A stretch of DNA of 64,000 nt from IMG/VR virus record IMGVR_UViG_3300011429_000004, positions 331-64,330 of that record. One strand, written 5' to 3'. The notes under the pieces were generated by a model. The model did not search any database, was not told the origin of the DNA, and saw only the letters and a program-made list of their open reading frames with translations. Every line of letters begins with the position of its first letter. Positions within the stretch are counted from its first letter, which is position 1. Source of the stretch: a virus. This document shows, in pieces, positions 1 to 10,126 of the stretch. Made by a program: the position numbers and the translations under genes.

Positions 1-759
1 AAGGTCCGCGCCTTTGAAGAATTGGAGCGAGTAATTGCTCCAAGGCTCCCGGCTATTCAAAAGTTCGGGACTACTCCAGCTGCAACTATAGATAGACTTT
101 TTCAATGGATGGAAGCACTCTCAGATCAAGATGAGGGTAAACGTGCCAGTTCATTCAAGCAATTGGCTTCCAACTTTGGAATAAATTTAGCGCAATTAGA
201 ATCTACTAAGCACGATGGCACTGATCCTACTCTAACTGAAAGCCAAGACCCGCCAGCATGGGCTCAAGGTATTGTTGGCGAAGTTACCCAACTGAAGAAT
301 CAGCTTACTACTCAACAGCAAGCTGCTGCGGATGCTGCGGTAACTAGTTGGGCCACCTCTAAAGACTCTACTGGTACACCACTTCGTCCTCACTATTCAA
401 AAGTGAACCAATTGATGTATCAGTTAATGGTTAGTGGCGCAGTCCCAATGAAGGATGGAAACCTCGATCTTGATGGTGCATATGAAGCGGCTTGCCGAAT
501 TAATCCTGAAGTAATTGCTCTTATTCAACAAGAGCAAATTGCTAAAGCAGAGCAAGAGACTAAAGATAAAGCCGCTAAAGATGCACAGCTAGCTAAGGCT
601 AGACTTGAAAAGGCAAAGAGAGCTGGTGTAGGGCTCAAACCTTCCGCTCCTTCTATGCCTGTCGCACAAGTCAAAGGTAAGACAAACGGTACTGGTCGAG
701 AAACTACTTCAGTTAGAGATAGCCTCAGATTGTCGTTGGATCAGCTTAGAGACAACTAA
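1..759 (+). CDS. Putative scaffolding/head-assembly protein, 5'-partial. The reading frame is open to the window edge and the tracked start is a TTG.
   Basis: No stop upstream in frame to position 1. Helical, coiled-coil C-terminus rich in K/E/A. Sits immediately upstream of the capsid gene. Confidence 0.4.
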   Translation, partial: KVRAFEELERVIAPRLPAIQKFGTTPAATIDRLFQWMEALSDQDEGKRASSFKQLASNFGINLAQLESTKHDGTDPTLTESQDPPAWAQGIVGEVTQLKNQLTTQQQAAADAAVTSWATSKDSTGTPLRPHYSKVNQLMYQLMVSGAVPMKDGNLDLDGAYEAACRINPEVIALIQQEQIAKAEQETKDKAAKDAQLAKARLEKAKRAGVGLKPSAPSMPVAQVKGKTNGTGRETTSVRDSLRLSLDQLRDN

Positions 760-792
760 TTGTAAGTTTAAACCCTTTAGAGAGTAACAACT

Positions 793-1824
793 ATGGCTTA
801 TCCTAATCTGAGCGAAATTGTTACTACTACGCTCCGCAACCGTACAGGAGTGTTGCAGGATAACGTAAGTCGTAACAACGCCCTTCTTGCTCGTCTGAAT
901 AAGAAAGGTCGTATTAAGACGTTTTCTGGTGGTCGTACTATTGTACAAGAACTGGACTATGCTAACAACCAGACCTTTACTTGGTATAGTGGCTACCAGA
1001 CGATTAATATCAGCCCGAGCCAGGTGTTTACTGCTGCTGAGTTCCCCATTCGCCAGGCCGCTTTGGCTGTTTCCATTTCCGGCTTAGAGGAAATTCAGAA
1101 TAGTGGTGAAGAGGCTATTATTGACCTGTTAGAAGGCCGCATTGAGAACGGCGAGCGTTCTTTTATGAATGGTCTCTCTAATGGTGTCTATGGCGATGGC
1201 TCTGTTGCTGGTTCTATCGGTGGCTTACAGTTACTTGTTGCGGCTACGCCGACAACTGGTACTGTAGGTGGTATTGATCGTTCGCAGTGGGCGTTCTTTA
1301 GGAATCTTTCCTTTAGCGCGTTAACTGATGGCGGCGCCGCTGCTTCTGCAGCTAATATTTTAAATTACATGGATAGTTTATGGGTACAGTTGGTTAGGGG
1401 CCGTGATTTCCCCGATCTTATTGTTGCCGATAATAACATGTATAAGTTCTATCTTCAGGCGTTGCAGTCTATTCAACGAATTCAGTCTGAAGGTGGAGCG
1501 CCTGACTTAGCGGAAGCCGGTTATTCTTCACTGAAATACATGAATAGCGATGTTGTCCTTGATGGTGGTTTCCAGGGATTTTCTGCTGATCCTCTTCCCC
1601 CGGAGATTAGTGGTTCTGGTACTGCTGTTGGTGGTGTTCCGACATCGTTTATGTATTTCTTGAATACCAACTACCTCCATTGGCGTCCACATGCACAGCG
1701 TAACATGGTTCCTCTCGATCCTGATCGTTTCTCTGTTAATCAGGACGCGATGGTTCGCTTGTTAGGCTGGGCCGGTAACGCCACGTTATCGAATGCTTTC
1801 CTCCAGGGTCTTATCAAGACCTAA
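793..1824 (+). CDS. Major capsid protein (HK97-fold, lambda E-like C-terminus).
   Basis: 343 aa. Follows the scaffold-like gene with an RBS-like aggag. C-terminal LDPDRFSVNQ is reminiscent of lambda gpE PDEFVSVQ. Placed at the head of the structural operon. Confidence 0.55.
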   Translation: MAYPNLSEIVTTTLRNRTGVLQDNVSRNNALLARLNKKGRIKTFSGGRTIVQELDYANNQTFTWYSGYQTINISPSQVFTAAEFPIRQAALAVSISGLEEIQNSGEEAIIDLLEGRIENGERSFMNGLSNGVYGDGSVAGSIGGLQLLVAATPTTGTVGGIDRSQWAFFRNLSFSALTDGGAAASAANILNYMDSLWVQLVRGRDFPDLIVADNNMYKFYLQALQSIQRIQSEGGAPDLAEAGYSSLKYMNSDVVLDGGFQGFSADPLPPEISGSGTAVGGVPTSFMYFLNTNYLHWRPHAQRNMVPLDPDRFSVNQDAMVRLLGWAGNATLSNAFLQGLIKT

Positions 1825-1845
1825 TAGAAAGAAGGAGATAGTAAA

Positions 1846-2448
1846 ATGGCTGCTATCGCGACTATCACTACTTTCTATCCTATGGATGGAAAGGAGGGTG
1901 TTAACTTAAATATGACTGTGGCTAACGTCACAGCCACAGCTAATACTCCTGAGTATCCTGCGCCGCCAATGAAACTTGGTGATCGAGTGCAGGGTAATGC
2001 TGGCTCTGAGTGGCTCTTCGTTCAAGCATCTACTACTGTTACTTGCTACATGGTTGTGGCAATTGACAGTGGTTATAATGCTAACGATGCTACTCAGGCT
2101 AACATTACTTCCAACGTCTATACTTATGGCGTTGCGGAGTTCCCGCCCAACCAAGCTGGCGCTACTGTGAGCATTGGTAATGCTAACGGTGGTGTCTGTA
2201 ATGCTGGTGATTTCTTCTGGGCGATGATGAAGTCTAATGGTGGCGCACAGGTTAATGCGCGTAGTTTGGCTAACGCAGGTGGTGCTAGAATATTTATCGA
2301 AGTTGCGACTCCTGGTGTTATCTCAACTACAGCATCTAACTCTTATTTCCCTGCCATTGTCATCCCAGTGTCTCTCCAGACAACTACTGTTGTCACGCCT
2401 ATTCTGTGGGCTGGTGGATATTGGTTCCCAGTGTCAGTGACAGCTTAA
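1846..2448 (+). CDS. Ser/Thr-rich small virion protein. It may be a decoration protein and/or a glycosylation substrate.
   Basis: 200 aa, T/S/N/A-rich. Strong RBS gaaggag. Lies between the capsid gene and Maf-like gene 1. Confidence 0.4.
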   Translation: MAAIATITTFYPMDGKEGVNLNMTVANVTATANTPEYPAPPMKLGDRVQGNAGSEWLFVQASTTVTCYMVVAIDSGYNANDATQANITSNVYTYGVAEFPPNQAGATVSIGNANGGVCNAGDFFWAMMKSNGGAQVNARSLANAGGARIFIEVATPGVISTTASNSYFPAIVIPVSLQTTTVVTPILWAGGYWFPVSVTA

Positions 2449-2488
2449 GTTTAGCCTTGGCCTTACTCGGAGAAGGAGCATCTTATTC

Positions 2489-3397
2489 ATGGATAGTGGT
2501 ATACATAATGTACCTGAAGCATACCACGTCGATGGGTTTGATGCTCCTTTTACGCCTGTTAAATTGATTAATACACAGGCAGCTACTAGTGCTAGTGTTT
2601 TCTTAGAGAATGTATTAGAAAATATTAAGTTAAAAGTGCCTAGGCTTGAGCATTTACCTTCTTTTAGAAAGATTAAAGGCAACGATCATCCAATAGCTAT
2701 AGTAGGTGGTGGTCCTAGCGTAAAAACTCAAATAGAGAAGCTAAAAGAGTTTAAAACTATAGTAGTTGCAGGATCAGCGCACGACTATATAATATCACAA
2801 GGAATAAAACCTACTTACGGTGTTATATGCGATCCTGATCCTGTTAGTATTAACTATTATACTAAATTAGACACAGAAACTACCTATCTTATAGCTACTT
2901 CTTGTGACCCCAAGATAGTTAATCATTTTAAAGAGCACCAACTTGTATTATGGCACTGTCATAGCGAAGAAGCCTCTATAGAGATTAAAAAAGTAGAGAA
3001 AGAGTATTATGGGGTGGCAGGTGGATGCACAGTAGGATTAAGGTCTCTTTGCATAGCTATCCTTTTAGGGTATAATAATATACATTTCTTTGGTTTTGAT
3101 AGCTGCTTAGGACTAGAAGATAATTCACACCATGCTTATGGCTTTTCTACTGAACAAGAAGAAGACTATGGTATAACTCATAAAATTAAATTAGGTAAGG
3201 ATAGACCAGATAAAAAAACTTATACTTGTATCGGGTATCAATTAGCTCAAGCGCATCATTTCAAAGAATTTTATTTTGAGCACTATAATATCTTTACTCC
3301 GACATTTCATGGCGATGGTATGCTACAAGATTTAGGGGCAATGTTAAAACTAGAAGTAGAAGCACATATAGCTAAACAAAAAGAGACCTTGCAATGA
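2489..3397 (+). CDS. Maf-like / DUF115 (MptE-like) putative nonulosonic-acid (pseudaminic-acid) glycosyltransferase, copy 1.
   Basis: Motifs IAIVGGGPS, VVAGSAHDY and GIKPTYGVICDPDP match the Rossmann core of motility-accessory-factor/DUF115 proteins. Paralogous to the ORF at 4211-5131. Confidence 0.6.
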   Translation: MDSGIHNVPEAYHVDGFDAPFTPVKLINTQAATSASVFLENVLENIKLKVPRLEHLPSFRKIKGNDHPIAIVGGGPSVKTQIEKLKEFKTIVVAGSAHDYIISQGIKPTYGVICDPDPVSINYYTKLDTETTYLIATSCDPKIVNHFKEHQLVLWHCHSEEASIEIKKVEKEYYGVAGGCTVGLRSLCIAILLGYNNIHFFGFDSCLGLEDNSHHAYGFSTEQEEDYGITHKIKLGKDRPDKKTYTCIGYQLAQAHHFKEFYFEHYNIFTPTFHGDGMLQDLGAMLKLEVEAHIAKQKETLQ

Positions 3398-4224
3398 GCC
3401 AGGACTGGAATGCAACTAAGATCAATTGGAACGGTGGAGGGCTATCTGGCACCGTCCAATTTGGAAATGATGCTCTTACGTTGGTTATGTTCTACAATAA
3501 ATCTGTAGAAATACCTGCTAAATCTATCGAGATGGGTCGTCGTTGGTTTGAAGACCAAATATATGTAACTATTCAGCACCCAGGCGAAAATCTCAATAAA
3601 ATAGACAGACCGGCTACAGATCAAGATAAGATGCGCTATAGGTCTCAATGGAGCGCATTTGTGCAGAACAGAACACAAATTCCAGAGGGAACTACTATAG
3701 ATTTATTATTTCCAAATCATCCATCTGTGGGTGAGAACTTAAAAGCTATGGGAGTGTACACAATTGAGCAATGCGCCAAACTCTCAGCTTCCGCAATTGA
3801 CAATATCGGCCGTGGTGGCCAAGAATACGTTAATCGTGCGCAAATGTATTTATCTAGTGCCGAAAAAGGCAAAGCTTTCCATAAATTACAAAAACAAATA
3901 GACGACGAAAGAGTCGAAAAAAGAGTGCTTCAACAGCAAGTAGCCGACCTCAAGAGACAGTTAGATCAAGTGCTTATGCGTACAGGGAACCAACCACTAA
4001 GCGCGTTTGTGCCTGGACCGCAACACGACGAACAATCAGCTAGAATTAATGCTAATCATCCTACTCAGGAACTAGCAAAGAAGAGAAAGAAGAAAGTACA
4101 GCCGGTAGAAATAGAGCCTGATCCTATTACTGATCCTCTACATAAGATGCAGCCTTCTATTCATGATGAGCTTTCTAATAATCCTGATATAGGCTCTACG
4201 GATCATCAAGATGCTTCCGTTTGA
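3394..4224 (+). CDS. Hypothetical virion-module protein with a coiled-coil C-terminal half.
   Basis: 276 aa ORF. Its start overlaps the previous stop by 4 bp (ATGA overlap), suggesting translational coupling. Confidence 0.4.
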   Translation: MSQDWNATKINWNGGGLSGTVQFGNDALTLVMFYNKSVEIPAKSIEMGRRWFEDQIYVTIQHPGENLNKIDRPATDQDKMRYRSQWSAFVQNRTQIPEGTTIDLLFPNHPSVGENLKAMGVYTIEQCAKLSASAIDNIGRGGQEYVNRAQMYLSSAEKGKAFHKLQKQIDDERVEKRVLQQQVADLKRQLDQVLMRTGNQPLSAFVPGPQHDEQSARINANHPTQELAKKRKKKVQPVEIEPDPITDPLHKMQPSIHDELSNNPDIGSTDHQDASV

Positions 4225-5131
4225 GGAACAGTTTAATATACCAGGTATGGTTAAGCTTGACGGCATAGATGTACAGACAGCTACGCCGACTGAACACATT
4301 AAAGAGAACATATTAAAAAATAAAGACAGGAAACTGACTCCAATAGATCATAATATATGGTGGCGCGAACAAGTACCTATTGCTATAGTAGGTGGTGGAC
4401 CTTCTCTAGAAAAAGAAGTAGAGAATTTAAGGAAATATAATTATATAATGGCTTGTGGTTCTGCACATGATTATACAATAGAAAAAGGAATATTACCTAA
4501 TTGGTGCGCTGTTTGTGACCCTGATCCTATAGTAGTTAATTATTTAAAGTACAAAAAAGACAGTATAGATTATTTAATAGCATCTCAATGTTCGCCAGAA
4601 GTATTTGAGCACCTTAAAGATTGCCATATTACTATGTGGCATCTTATGGGTGATAAATTTGACCATTCTATTTATGGTGCAGAGGGGCAAGTACTTATAG
4701 GTGGTGGCTGTACTATACTTACAAGGGCAATGGTTATAGCAATGGGCATGGGTTTTTATAATTTACATCTTTTTGGGTGCGACACTAGCCTAGGTCTAAA
4801 CGGAGAGCATCACGCATATGAATGGAGTGATCCAACTAAAGAACAAACATACGACCAAGCAAAGGTTCAGTTTGAAGTGGATGGACCTATCTTTAGAGTA
4901 GCTGGATATCATTTAGGCCAGCTATTTGATATTAAAGCATTATCTAAACAGTACGCTAATAGGATGCAAATTACTGTTCATGGTGAAAGTTTGCTGCACT
5001 ATTTTATGGAACTAGCACAAAAGAGACTTAAACTCAAGAAAGAATGGGATTTAAAAAATGGCGTTAACTCAGGATTTAATGGGTCTGGGACTTCAGCCGT
5101 TTCTGGCGGCCAAGATAGCCCGCAACCCTAG
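4211..5131 (+). CDS. Maf-like / DUF115 putative nonulosonic-acid glycosyltransferase, copy 2.
   Basis: Motifs IAIVGGGPSL, ACGSAHDY and GILPNWCAVCDPDP. Clear paralog of 2489-3397. Confidence 0.6.
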   Translation: MLPFEEQFNIPGMVKLDGIDVQTATPTEHIKENILKNKDRKLTPIDHNIWWREQVPIAIVGGGPSLEKEVENLRKYNYIMACGSAHDYTIEKGILPNWCAVCDPDPIVVNYLKYKKDSIDYLIASQCSPEVFEHLKDCHITMWHLMGDKFDHSIYGAEGQVLIGGGCTILTRAMVIAMGMGFYNLHLFGCDTSLGLNGEHHAYEWSDPTKEQTYDQAKVQFEVDGPIFRVAGYHLGQLFDIKALSKQYANRMQITVHGESLLHYFMELAQKRLKLKKEWDLKNGVNSGFNGSGTSAVSGGQDSPQP

Positions 5132-5462
5132 ATCAGTTACAGCGCAAGGCGCTACTTTAGGCTCTGCGTCCAGAATAGGTAATCAAACTCAGATTGCTTA
5201 TGTTGTTACTACTAACTCAGGCAGTGGCTTAGTTCTGCCAAACGTTGGTGGTGACGCTGGTTGCTTACTTGGTGATGATATAGTTGTTGTCAATGGCTTA
5301 CAGGCAGCAATTATAGTCTATGCTTCAGCAAGTGCTACTTTCCTTGGATTTGGTGTTAGCGCATCTGGTAATACAGGTGTAGCTATTGCTACTGCAAATA
5401 CAGCTATTTTCTATTCTGTGACTGCTACTACTTGGGCAGTTGTGGTTGGAGGCAGTGCTTAA
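5058..5462 (+). CDS. Gly/Ser/Thr/Ala-rich small protein. It may be a virion surface protein or a glycosylation substrate. It overlaps the 3' end of Maf-like gene 2 in another frame.
   Basis: 134 aa ORF with low-complexity G/S/T/A/V composition. The true start is uncertain. Confidence 0.3.
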   Translation: MALTQDLMGLGLQPFLAAKIARNPRSVTAQGATLGSASRIGNQTQIAYVVTTNSGSGLVLPNVGGDAGCLLGDDIVVVNGLQAAIIVYASASATFLGFGVSASGNTGVAIATANTAIFYSVTATTWAVVVGGSA

Positions 5463-5557
5463 TAGTAGTCTATGGTGGCGAAAAGGCTTGGAGGTACGAA
5501 CTCCAATTGTCCTTCCCCGAACCGGGATAGCCACCACTCATTTTATAAGAGGCTACT

Positions 5558-6520
5558 ATGACACAAAAAACACTTCTACAAATAGTACAAACAGCGCAAG
5601 GCGAACTTGGGCTGGCCCAAAGTGCCAGTGTGGTTGGAAATATTGACCAAACCACGGTGCAAATGTATGGCTATGCTAATCAGTCTTTAGAAGAGCTAAG
5701 ACAAGTTAAAGACGATGGTTGGACTGCTCTTCAAAAAGAATATAATTTAGTTGTTAATGTGCCTGTTGCAACGACAGGTAATACTACTGCAAATAATGCA
5801 GTAATTACTAACATACCTAGTACTGCTGCTCTATTGGCTAATTATATGATGGTGGCAGGAGCTAACATACCTGCTGCGGCTAGAATATTATCTGTAGACT
5901 CAGCTACTCAAGTAACTATGACTATGGAATGTACTACTACAGCGGTAGGTATAGCTCTTACGTTTATGCAAGATACTTACCCAGAGCCTAGTGATTTTGG
6001 ATATTTTATAAATCGTACATGGTGGGACAGGACCAATCGCTGGGAGCTTCTAGGCCCCGACAGCCCGCAAATGGATCAATGGCATAGGTCTGGGATCGTT
6101 GTAACGGGGCCTAGGCGGCATTTTCGGCAGCTGGGAGCCTTGGCCAACACATACCGCATATGGCCGCCACCGGCCGAAATCACGGCCCCTTTACAGCTTG
6201 TATATGAATACGTTAGTCAAGATTGCGTGTATGTAAATGGAGGTACTACTACAGCCCCTACGTTTGCTAATGATGCAGATATACCTATTCTCAGCGACCG
6301 TGCAATTATTCTTGCCGTTAAATGGCGTTTTTGGGAGCAAAAAGGTTTTGATTGGACTCAAAAGCGCACTGACTACGATGATTATGTAGAGCGATTAATA
6401 GCAAGAGATGGTGGTAGGAAGACTTTATCACTGGTTAAACGACAGTCGCCGATATTTATCTCTCCATCAAATGTGCAAGATGGGTTTTTCCCAGGTCCTA
6501 CGGGACCGAATATGAGTTAG
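5558..6520 (+). CDS. Hypothetical virion protein.
   Basis: 320 aa ORF in the structural operon, preceded by an RBS. Confidence 0.4.
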   Translation: MTQKTLLQIVQTAQGELGLAQSASVVGNIDQTTVQMYGYANQSLEELRQVKDDGWTALQKEYNLVVNVPVATTGNTTANNAVITNIPSTAALLANYMMVAGANIPAAARILSVDSATQVTMTMECTTTAVGIALTFMQDTYPEPSDFGYFINRTWWDRTNRWELLGPDSPQMDQWHRSGIVVTGPRRHFRQLGALANTYRIWPPPAEITAPLQLVYEYVSQDCVYVNGGTTTAPTFANDADIPILSDRAIILAVKWRFWEQKGFDWTQKRTDYDDYVERLIARDGGRKTLSLVKRQSPIFISPSNVQDGFFPGPTGPNMS

Positions 6521-6528
6521 GAAACAAC

Positions 6529-6795
6529 ATGATGTTCGGCTTTGGATCAAATGGTGAAACAGTAAAGCAAATACAAAGAAAAGTAAATGTAACTGTAGAT
6601 GGTATCTATGGCCCTTTGACTACACAAGCGGTTAGAGATTACCAAAGTAAAAACGGTCTTACTGCCGATGGTGTAGTCGGACCACTTACAATGGAGAAAA
6701 TGAATTTATTCCCCACTACGGTAATAGGAATACTCAAGAAAGCCGGTGAGAATCTTTATGATGCAGTAGTACATTCAACACCGAGTCCTAATTAG
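6529..6795 (+). CDS. Small protein with a peptidoglycan-binding domain.
   Basis: Tandem DGIYGPLT / DGVVGPLT motifs are typical of PG_binding_1 repeats. Confidence 0.5.
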   Translation: MMFGFGSNGETVKQIQRKVNVTVDGIYGPLTTQAVRDYQSKNGLTADGVVGPLTMEKMNLFPTTVIGILKKAGENLYDAVVHSTPSPN

Positions 6796-6797
6796 TA

Positions 6798-8480
6798 ATG
6801 GCTTACGTAAAGAAAAAATATCAACAACAATTTGGGTCTAAAGGTTCTTATTTAGACAAAGACGTAGCTGTAAAAATAGCGCCCTCTCCTATCGGAGGCT
6901 GGGATGCTATTTCTCCATTGGCTGCAATGGAGGCTAAATATGCCTCTATACTTGTTAATTGGGTTCCTCGTACTGGATGGTGCGAAGTAAGAGGCGGCTA
7001 CAACATATGGTCTCAGCATCCTAATACTAATGCTGTTAATACTTTAATGGCTTATAGGCCGCCCCTTGGATCAGAGAAATTATTCTCAGCACAAGGCACT
7101 CAAATATGGAATGTATCTAGTTATGGATTACCTACTCTAGAAAGGTCTGGTGTAGGCAGCTCTTTTTATCAATATGTAAATTTTACACCTGCCTTGGGTT
7201 CTTCTTATTTAATGGCTGTAAACGGCATAGATACTTTACTTACTTACAACGGCACTACATGGGCTAATCAAACTATAACTGGTGCAGGAACAGCAGTATT
7301 CATAGGTATAAATATATTTAAACGTAGAGTGTGGTTAATTCCCCCTAGCTCTACTATAGCTTATTTTCTTGGTACTGATGCTATTACAGGTCCAGCGACT
7401 GCGCTGGACTTAGGTGCCTTTATGAATAAAGGTGGCTATGTAATGGCTATGGGCACCTGGACTGTAGATGGAGGCAATGGTCCAGATGACATGGCTATAT
7501 TTGTTACTTCTAGAGGACAAGTTATACAATATAAGGGCACTGATCCAACTAACGCCAACGCTTGGGCTCTAGTAGGCGTATTTGATTTACCGCCACCTAT
7601 TTCTAGGAGATGTCTATATAGGTTCGGTAGTGATTTAATGCTAATCACTCAAGAAGGTGTGCTGCCTATATCTCAAGCTCTTCCTTTTGATCCATCTGCT
7701 TCTAGAAGTATAGCGCTTACTAATCGTATACAGAATGCTATGTTAGTTGCCGCACAATATAGTAAGAGTTTTACTGGTTGGCAGATGTTGTCTTTTCCTC
7801 TTCAAAGTTTATTTATATTAAACGTGCCACAGGATCAAGCAAGCACTCGTGTACAGTACGTAATGAATACTATTACAGGTGCGTGGACTCAGTTTCAAGG
7901 GTGGAATGCCAATTGTTTTGAAATTTTTAACGATAGTTTGTATTTTGGAGACGCCAATGGAAATACTAACCTTGCTTATACTTCTGGTCTAGATAAAGTA
8001 GCTTATATATTTTACGATATGAAATGTGCTTTTAATTACTTTGAAGAGCCTGGCAGACTTAAAAACGGAAACATGGTAAGACCGTTTTTAATCGCAGATG
8101 GCACACTTATACCCAATATACAAATAGATGTAGACTTTGAGAATAGCTCTCCATCTGCGCCTGTAACTATTCTAACTCCTACAGGGGCTATTTGGGATAG
8201 TTCTTTATGGGATAGTGCAGTATGGTCTACTGGAGCTATTCCAGTAATTAATTGGCTTAGTTGCAATGCGCTTGGCACTGCGTTGGCCATAAGAATGACT
8301 ATTAACCTTGCTGGTGGCGGCACTTCTAGTAGTGTATCTCAATCCAGTGTGTTTGATACTGGTGTATTCGGCACAATGATATTTGATGGTAATGGTTCCA
8401 TTACTGCAAGTGGCGCAGATATACCTGTACTTCAAGTTAATTTATTTGAGATAGTACTTGAGTATGGCGGTCCTATATGA
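6798..8480 (+). CDS. Large virion protein, a tail tubular/nozzle-type candidate.
   Basis: 560 aa. Its position after the capsid/decoration genes matches a T7-like gp11/gp12 slot. No motif-level identification. Confidence 0.35.
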   Translation: MAYVKKKYQQQFGSKGSYLDKDVAVKIAPSPIGGWDAISPLAAMEAKYASILVNWVPRTGWCEVRGGYNIWSQHPNTNAVNTLMAYRPPLGSEKLFSAQGTQIWNVSSYGLPTLERSGVGSSFYQYVNFTPALGSSYLMAVNGIDTLLTYNGTTWANQTITGAGTAVFIGINIFKRRVWLIPPSSTIAYFLGTDAITGPATALDLGAFMNKGGYVMAMGTWTVDGGNGPDDMAIFVTSRGQVIQYKGTDPTNANAWALVGVFDLPPPISRRCLYRFGSDLMLITQEGVLPISQALPFDPSASRSIALTNRIQNAMLVAAQYSKSFTGWQMLSFPLQSLFILNVPQDQASTRVQYVMNTITGAWTQFQGWNANCFEIFNDSLYFGDANGNTNLAYTSGLDKVAYIFYDMKCAFNYFEEPGRLKNGNMVRPFLIADGTLIPNIQIDVDFENSSPSAPVTILTPTGAIWDSSLWDSAVWSTGAIPVINWLSCNALGTALAIRMTINLAGGGTSSSVSQSSVFDTGVFGTMIFDGNGSITASGADIPVLQVNLFEIVLEYGGPI

Positions 8481-8911
8481 TTTATACTATATCTGGTACA
8501 TACCAAGATTCAGTAGGTCAATTAATAGTTGGATATTTTAATCAAGCCAGAGGAGAAATATCTGTAGTTGAGCCTTATTCTGCGATAGGTTGGGTTAGGG
8601 ATAATAAAATTATAGGACAGGCTATTTTTACTGGTTTTACAGGATCGAATGTAGATATACATCTTAATATGCCAAAGTGTATATGTAGAAAAACTATAAA
8701 AGATGTGTATAGTTATGTATTTAATCAACTTAGATGCAATAGACTCACCGCTAAGTTAGAACCAAATAACGATAAATTATCTCGCTTGCTTCCAAGAATG
8801 GGATTTGAGTATAGGTTTACAGACGAGGGCTACTATGGAGAACCTGATAAACCTATAAACGCTGAAGTATATGTTTTAAGTAAGAAAAACGCCCTTAAAT
8901 GGATAAAATAA
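8477..8911 (+). CDS. Hypothetical protein.
   Basis: 144 aa ORF with a 4-bp overlap coupling to the upstream gene. Confidence 0.35.
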   Translation: MIYTISGTYQDSVGQLIVGYFNQARGEISVVEPYSAIGWVRDNKIIGQAIFTGFTGSNVDIHLNMPKCICRKTIKDVYSYVFNQLRCNRLTAKLEPNNDKLSRLLPRMGFEYRFTDEGYYGEPDKPINAEVYVLSKKNALKWIK

Positions 8912-9751
8912 GTGAAAGCTCCAAAAGCACCGCCAGCACCTAATGCCGCTAATACTATTGCTATGCAGACAGGCGCTAATGCTAAAACTGCGGAGCAATT
9001 GCAAGGCGCAAATATGGTGGATCAAGATAGTCCTATTGGTTCACAAACTTATAGTATTATTGGTACTAATCCAGATGGTTCACCTAAATATGGAATGACA
9101 AGGCAGTATACTCCAGAGCAACAAGCTCTATTAGATCAATTGGTTGGAACTAAGGGAACTACTGGCTCTGCTGCGTCTAATCTGGCAGACGATGCATATA
9201 GTTATTTAAGTGAAGTGCCTGATTTTACCTCTGTGGCAGGAAGCTTAACAGGGCAAGGGATAGATCGCGCACTTCCCTATATGGAAAGAATGATGGCGCC
9301 GCAAAGGGCGCAATTAGATACTGCTATGCGTAATCAGGGCATATTACCTGGAACGCCTGCTTATCAGCAACAAATGGATGCTATGCTTGCCCAGCAAGAT
9401 TTGAATAAGGGCAATTGGATGAACTCATTCCAGCAACAAGCATTTGGGCAGGCTAAAGACCAATATACTATGCCTGCTGATATGATTGGAAAATTAATGG
9501 GATTTGGCGCTCCTATGGATTTATCTGGTTCATTTGGTCAAACTCCTACAGTTAATTTTAGTCCGCCTAATGCCCAACAAGCCGTACAAACTGAATATGA
9601 TGCTAATTTTAAGAATTACCAACAAGCTGTGGCACGACAAAATATGCTTATGAATTTAGGGCTTACTGGTGTGGCTGGAATTGCTGGTGCTCCTATTAAT
9701 CCAGTTAATGCTACTTATGGCTCTTCAGTTATGAAAAGCATATTTGGGTAA
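8912..9751 (+). CDS. Gln/Ala-rich internal virion protein candidate (GTG start).
   Basis: 279 aa, Q/A/G-rich low complexity, like T7-type internal core proteins. Confidence 0.35.
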   Translation: MKAPKAPPAPNAANTIAMQTGANAKTAEQLQGANMVDQDSPIGSQTYSIIGTNPDGSPKYGMTRQYTPEQQALLDQLVGTKGTTGSAASNLADDAYSYLSEVPDFTSVAGSLTGQGIDRALPYMERMMAPQRAQLDTAMRNQGILPGTPAYQQQMDAMLAQQDLNKGNWMNSFQQQAFGQAKDQYTMPADMIGKLMGFGAPMDLSGSFGQTPTVNFSPPNAQQAVQTEYDANFKNYQQAVARQNMLMNLGLTGVAGIAGAPINPVNATYGSSVMKSIFG

Positions 9752-9763
9752 GGATGAAATAAA

Positions 9764-10123
9764 ATGCCTAATGGTCCTCGCGGTGCTCCTAGTTTTAATC
9801 AGTCAAGTCCTCCTTGGCAACGTATGGCTCAATCATTTACTCCAGGTGGTATAGGTGGGTTTTTCACTAAAATGCTTGAGGGAAATGGTACTAAGCCAGG
9901 ACAACCTATGCCACAAGTTACTCAACCTCAAGCACCTCAACCTACTTCAATTGACCCCAATATGATATCTAAAACTAGTGGTATGGATTCTATGCTAAAC
10001 AGTGTCTTTAAGGGTGCTGGCGGCACTGGTGTAGGAGTGACTGGAGATGCTAACAGTACGATGAACTCGCCCACACCAAATATTTTCAATAAACAAGCTT
10101 CATCTTATGCTGGATGGCAATAA
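9764..10123 (+). CDS. Hypothetical small virion protein.
   Basis: 119 aa ORF. Confidence 0.3.
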   Translation: MPNGPRGAPSFNQSSPPWQRMAQSFTPGGIGGFFTKMLEGNGTKPGQPMPQVTQPQAPQPTSIDPNMISKTSGMDSMLNSVFKGAGGTGVGVTGDANSTMNSPTPNIFNKQASSYAGWQ

Positions 10124-10126
10124 TAA

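Noticed and set aside
8477-8911. Possible GNAT acetyltransferase call for the 144-aa ORF
   Set aside because: Only a vague beta-alpha pattern. No Q/RxxGxG/A motif. Left as hypothetical.
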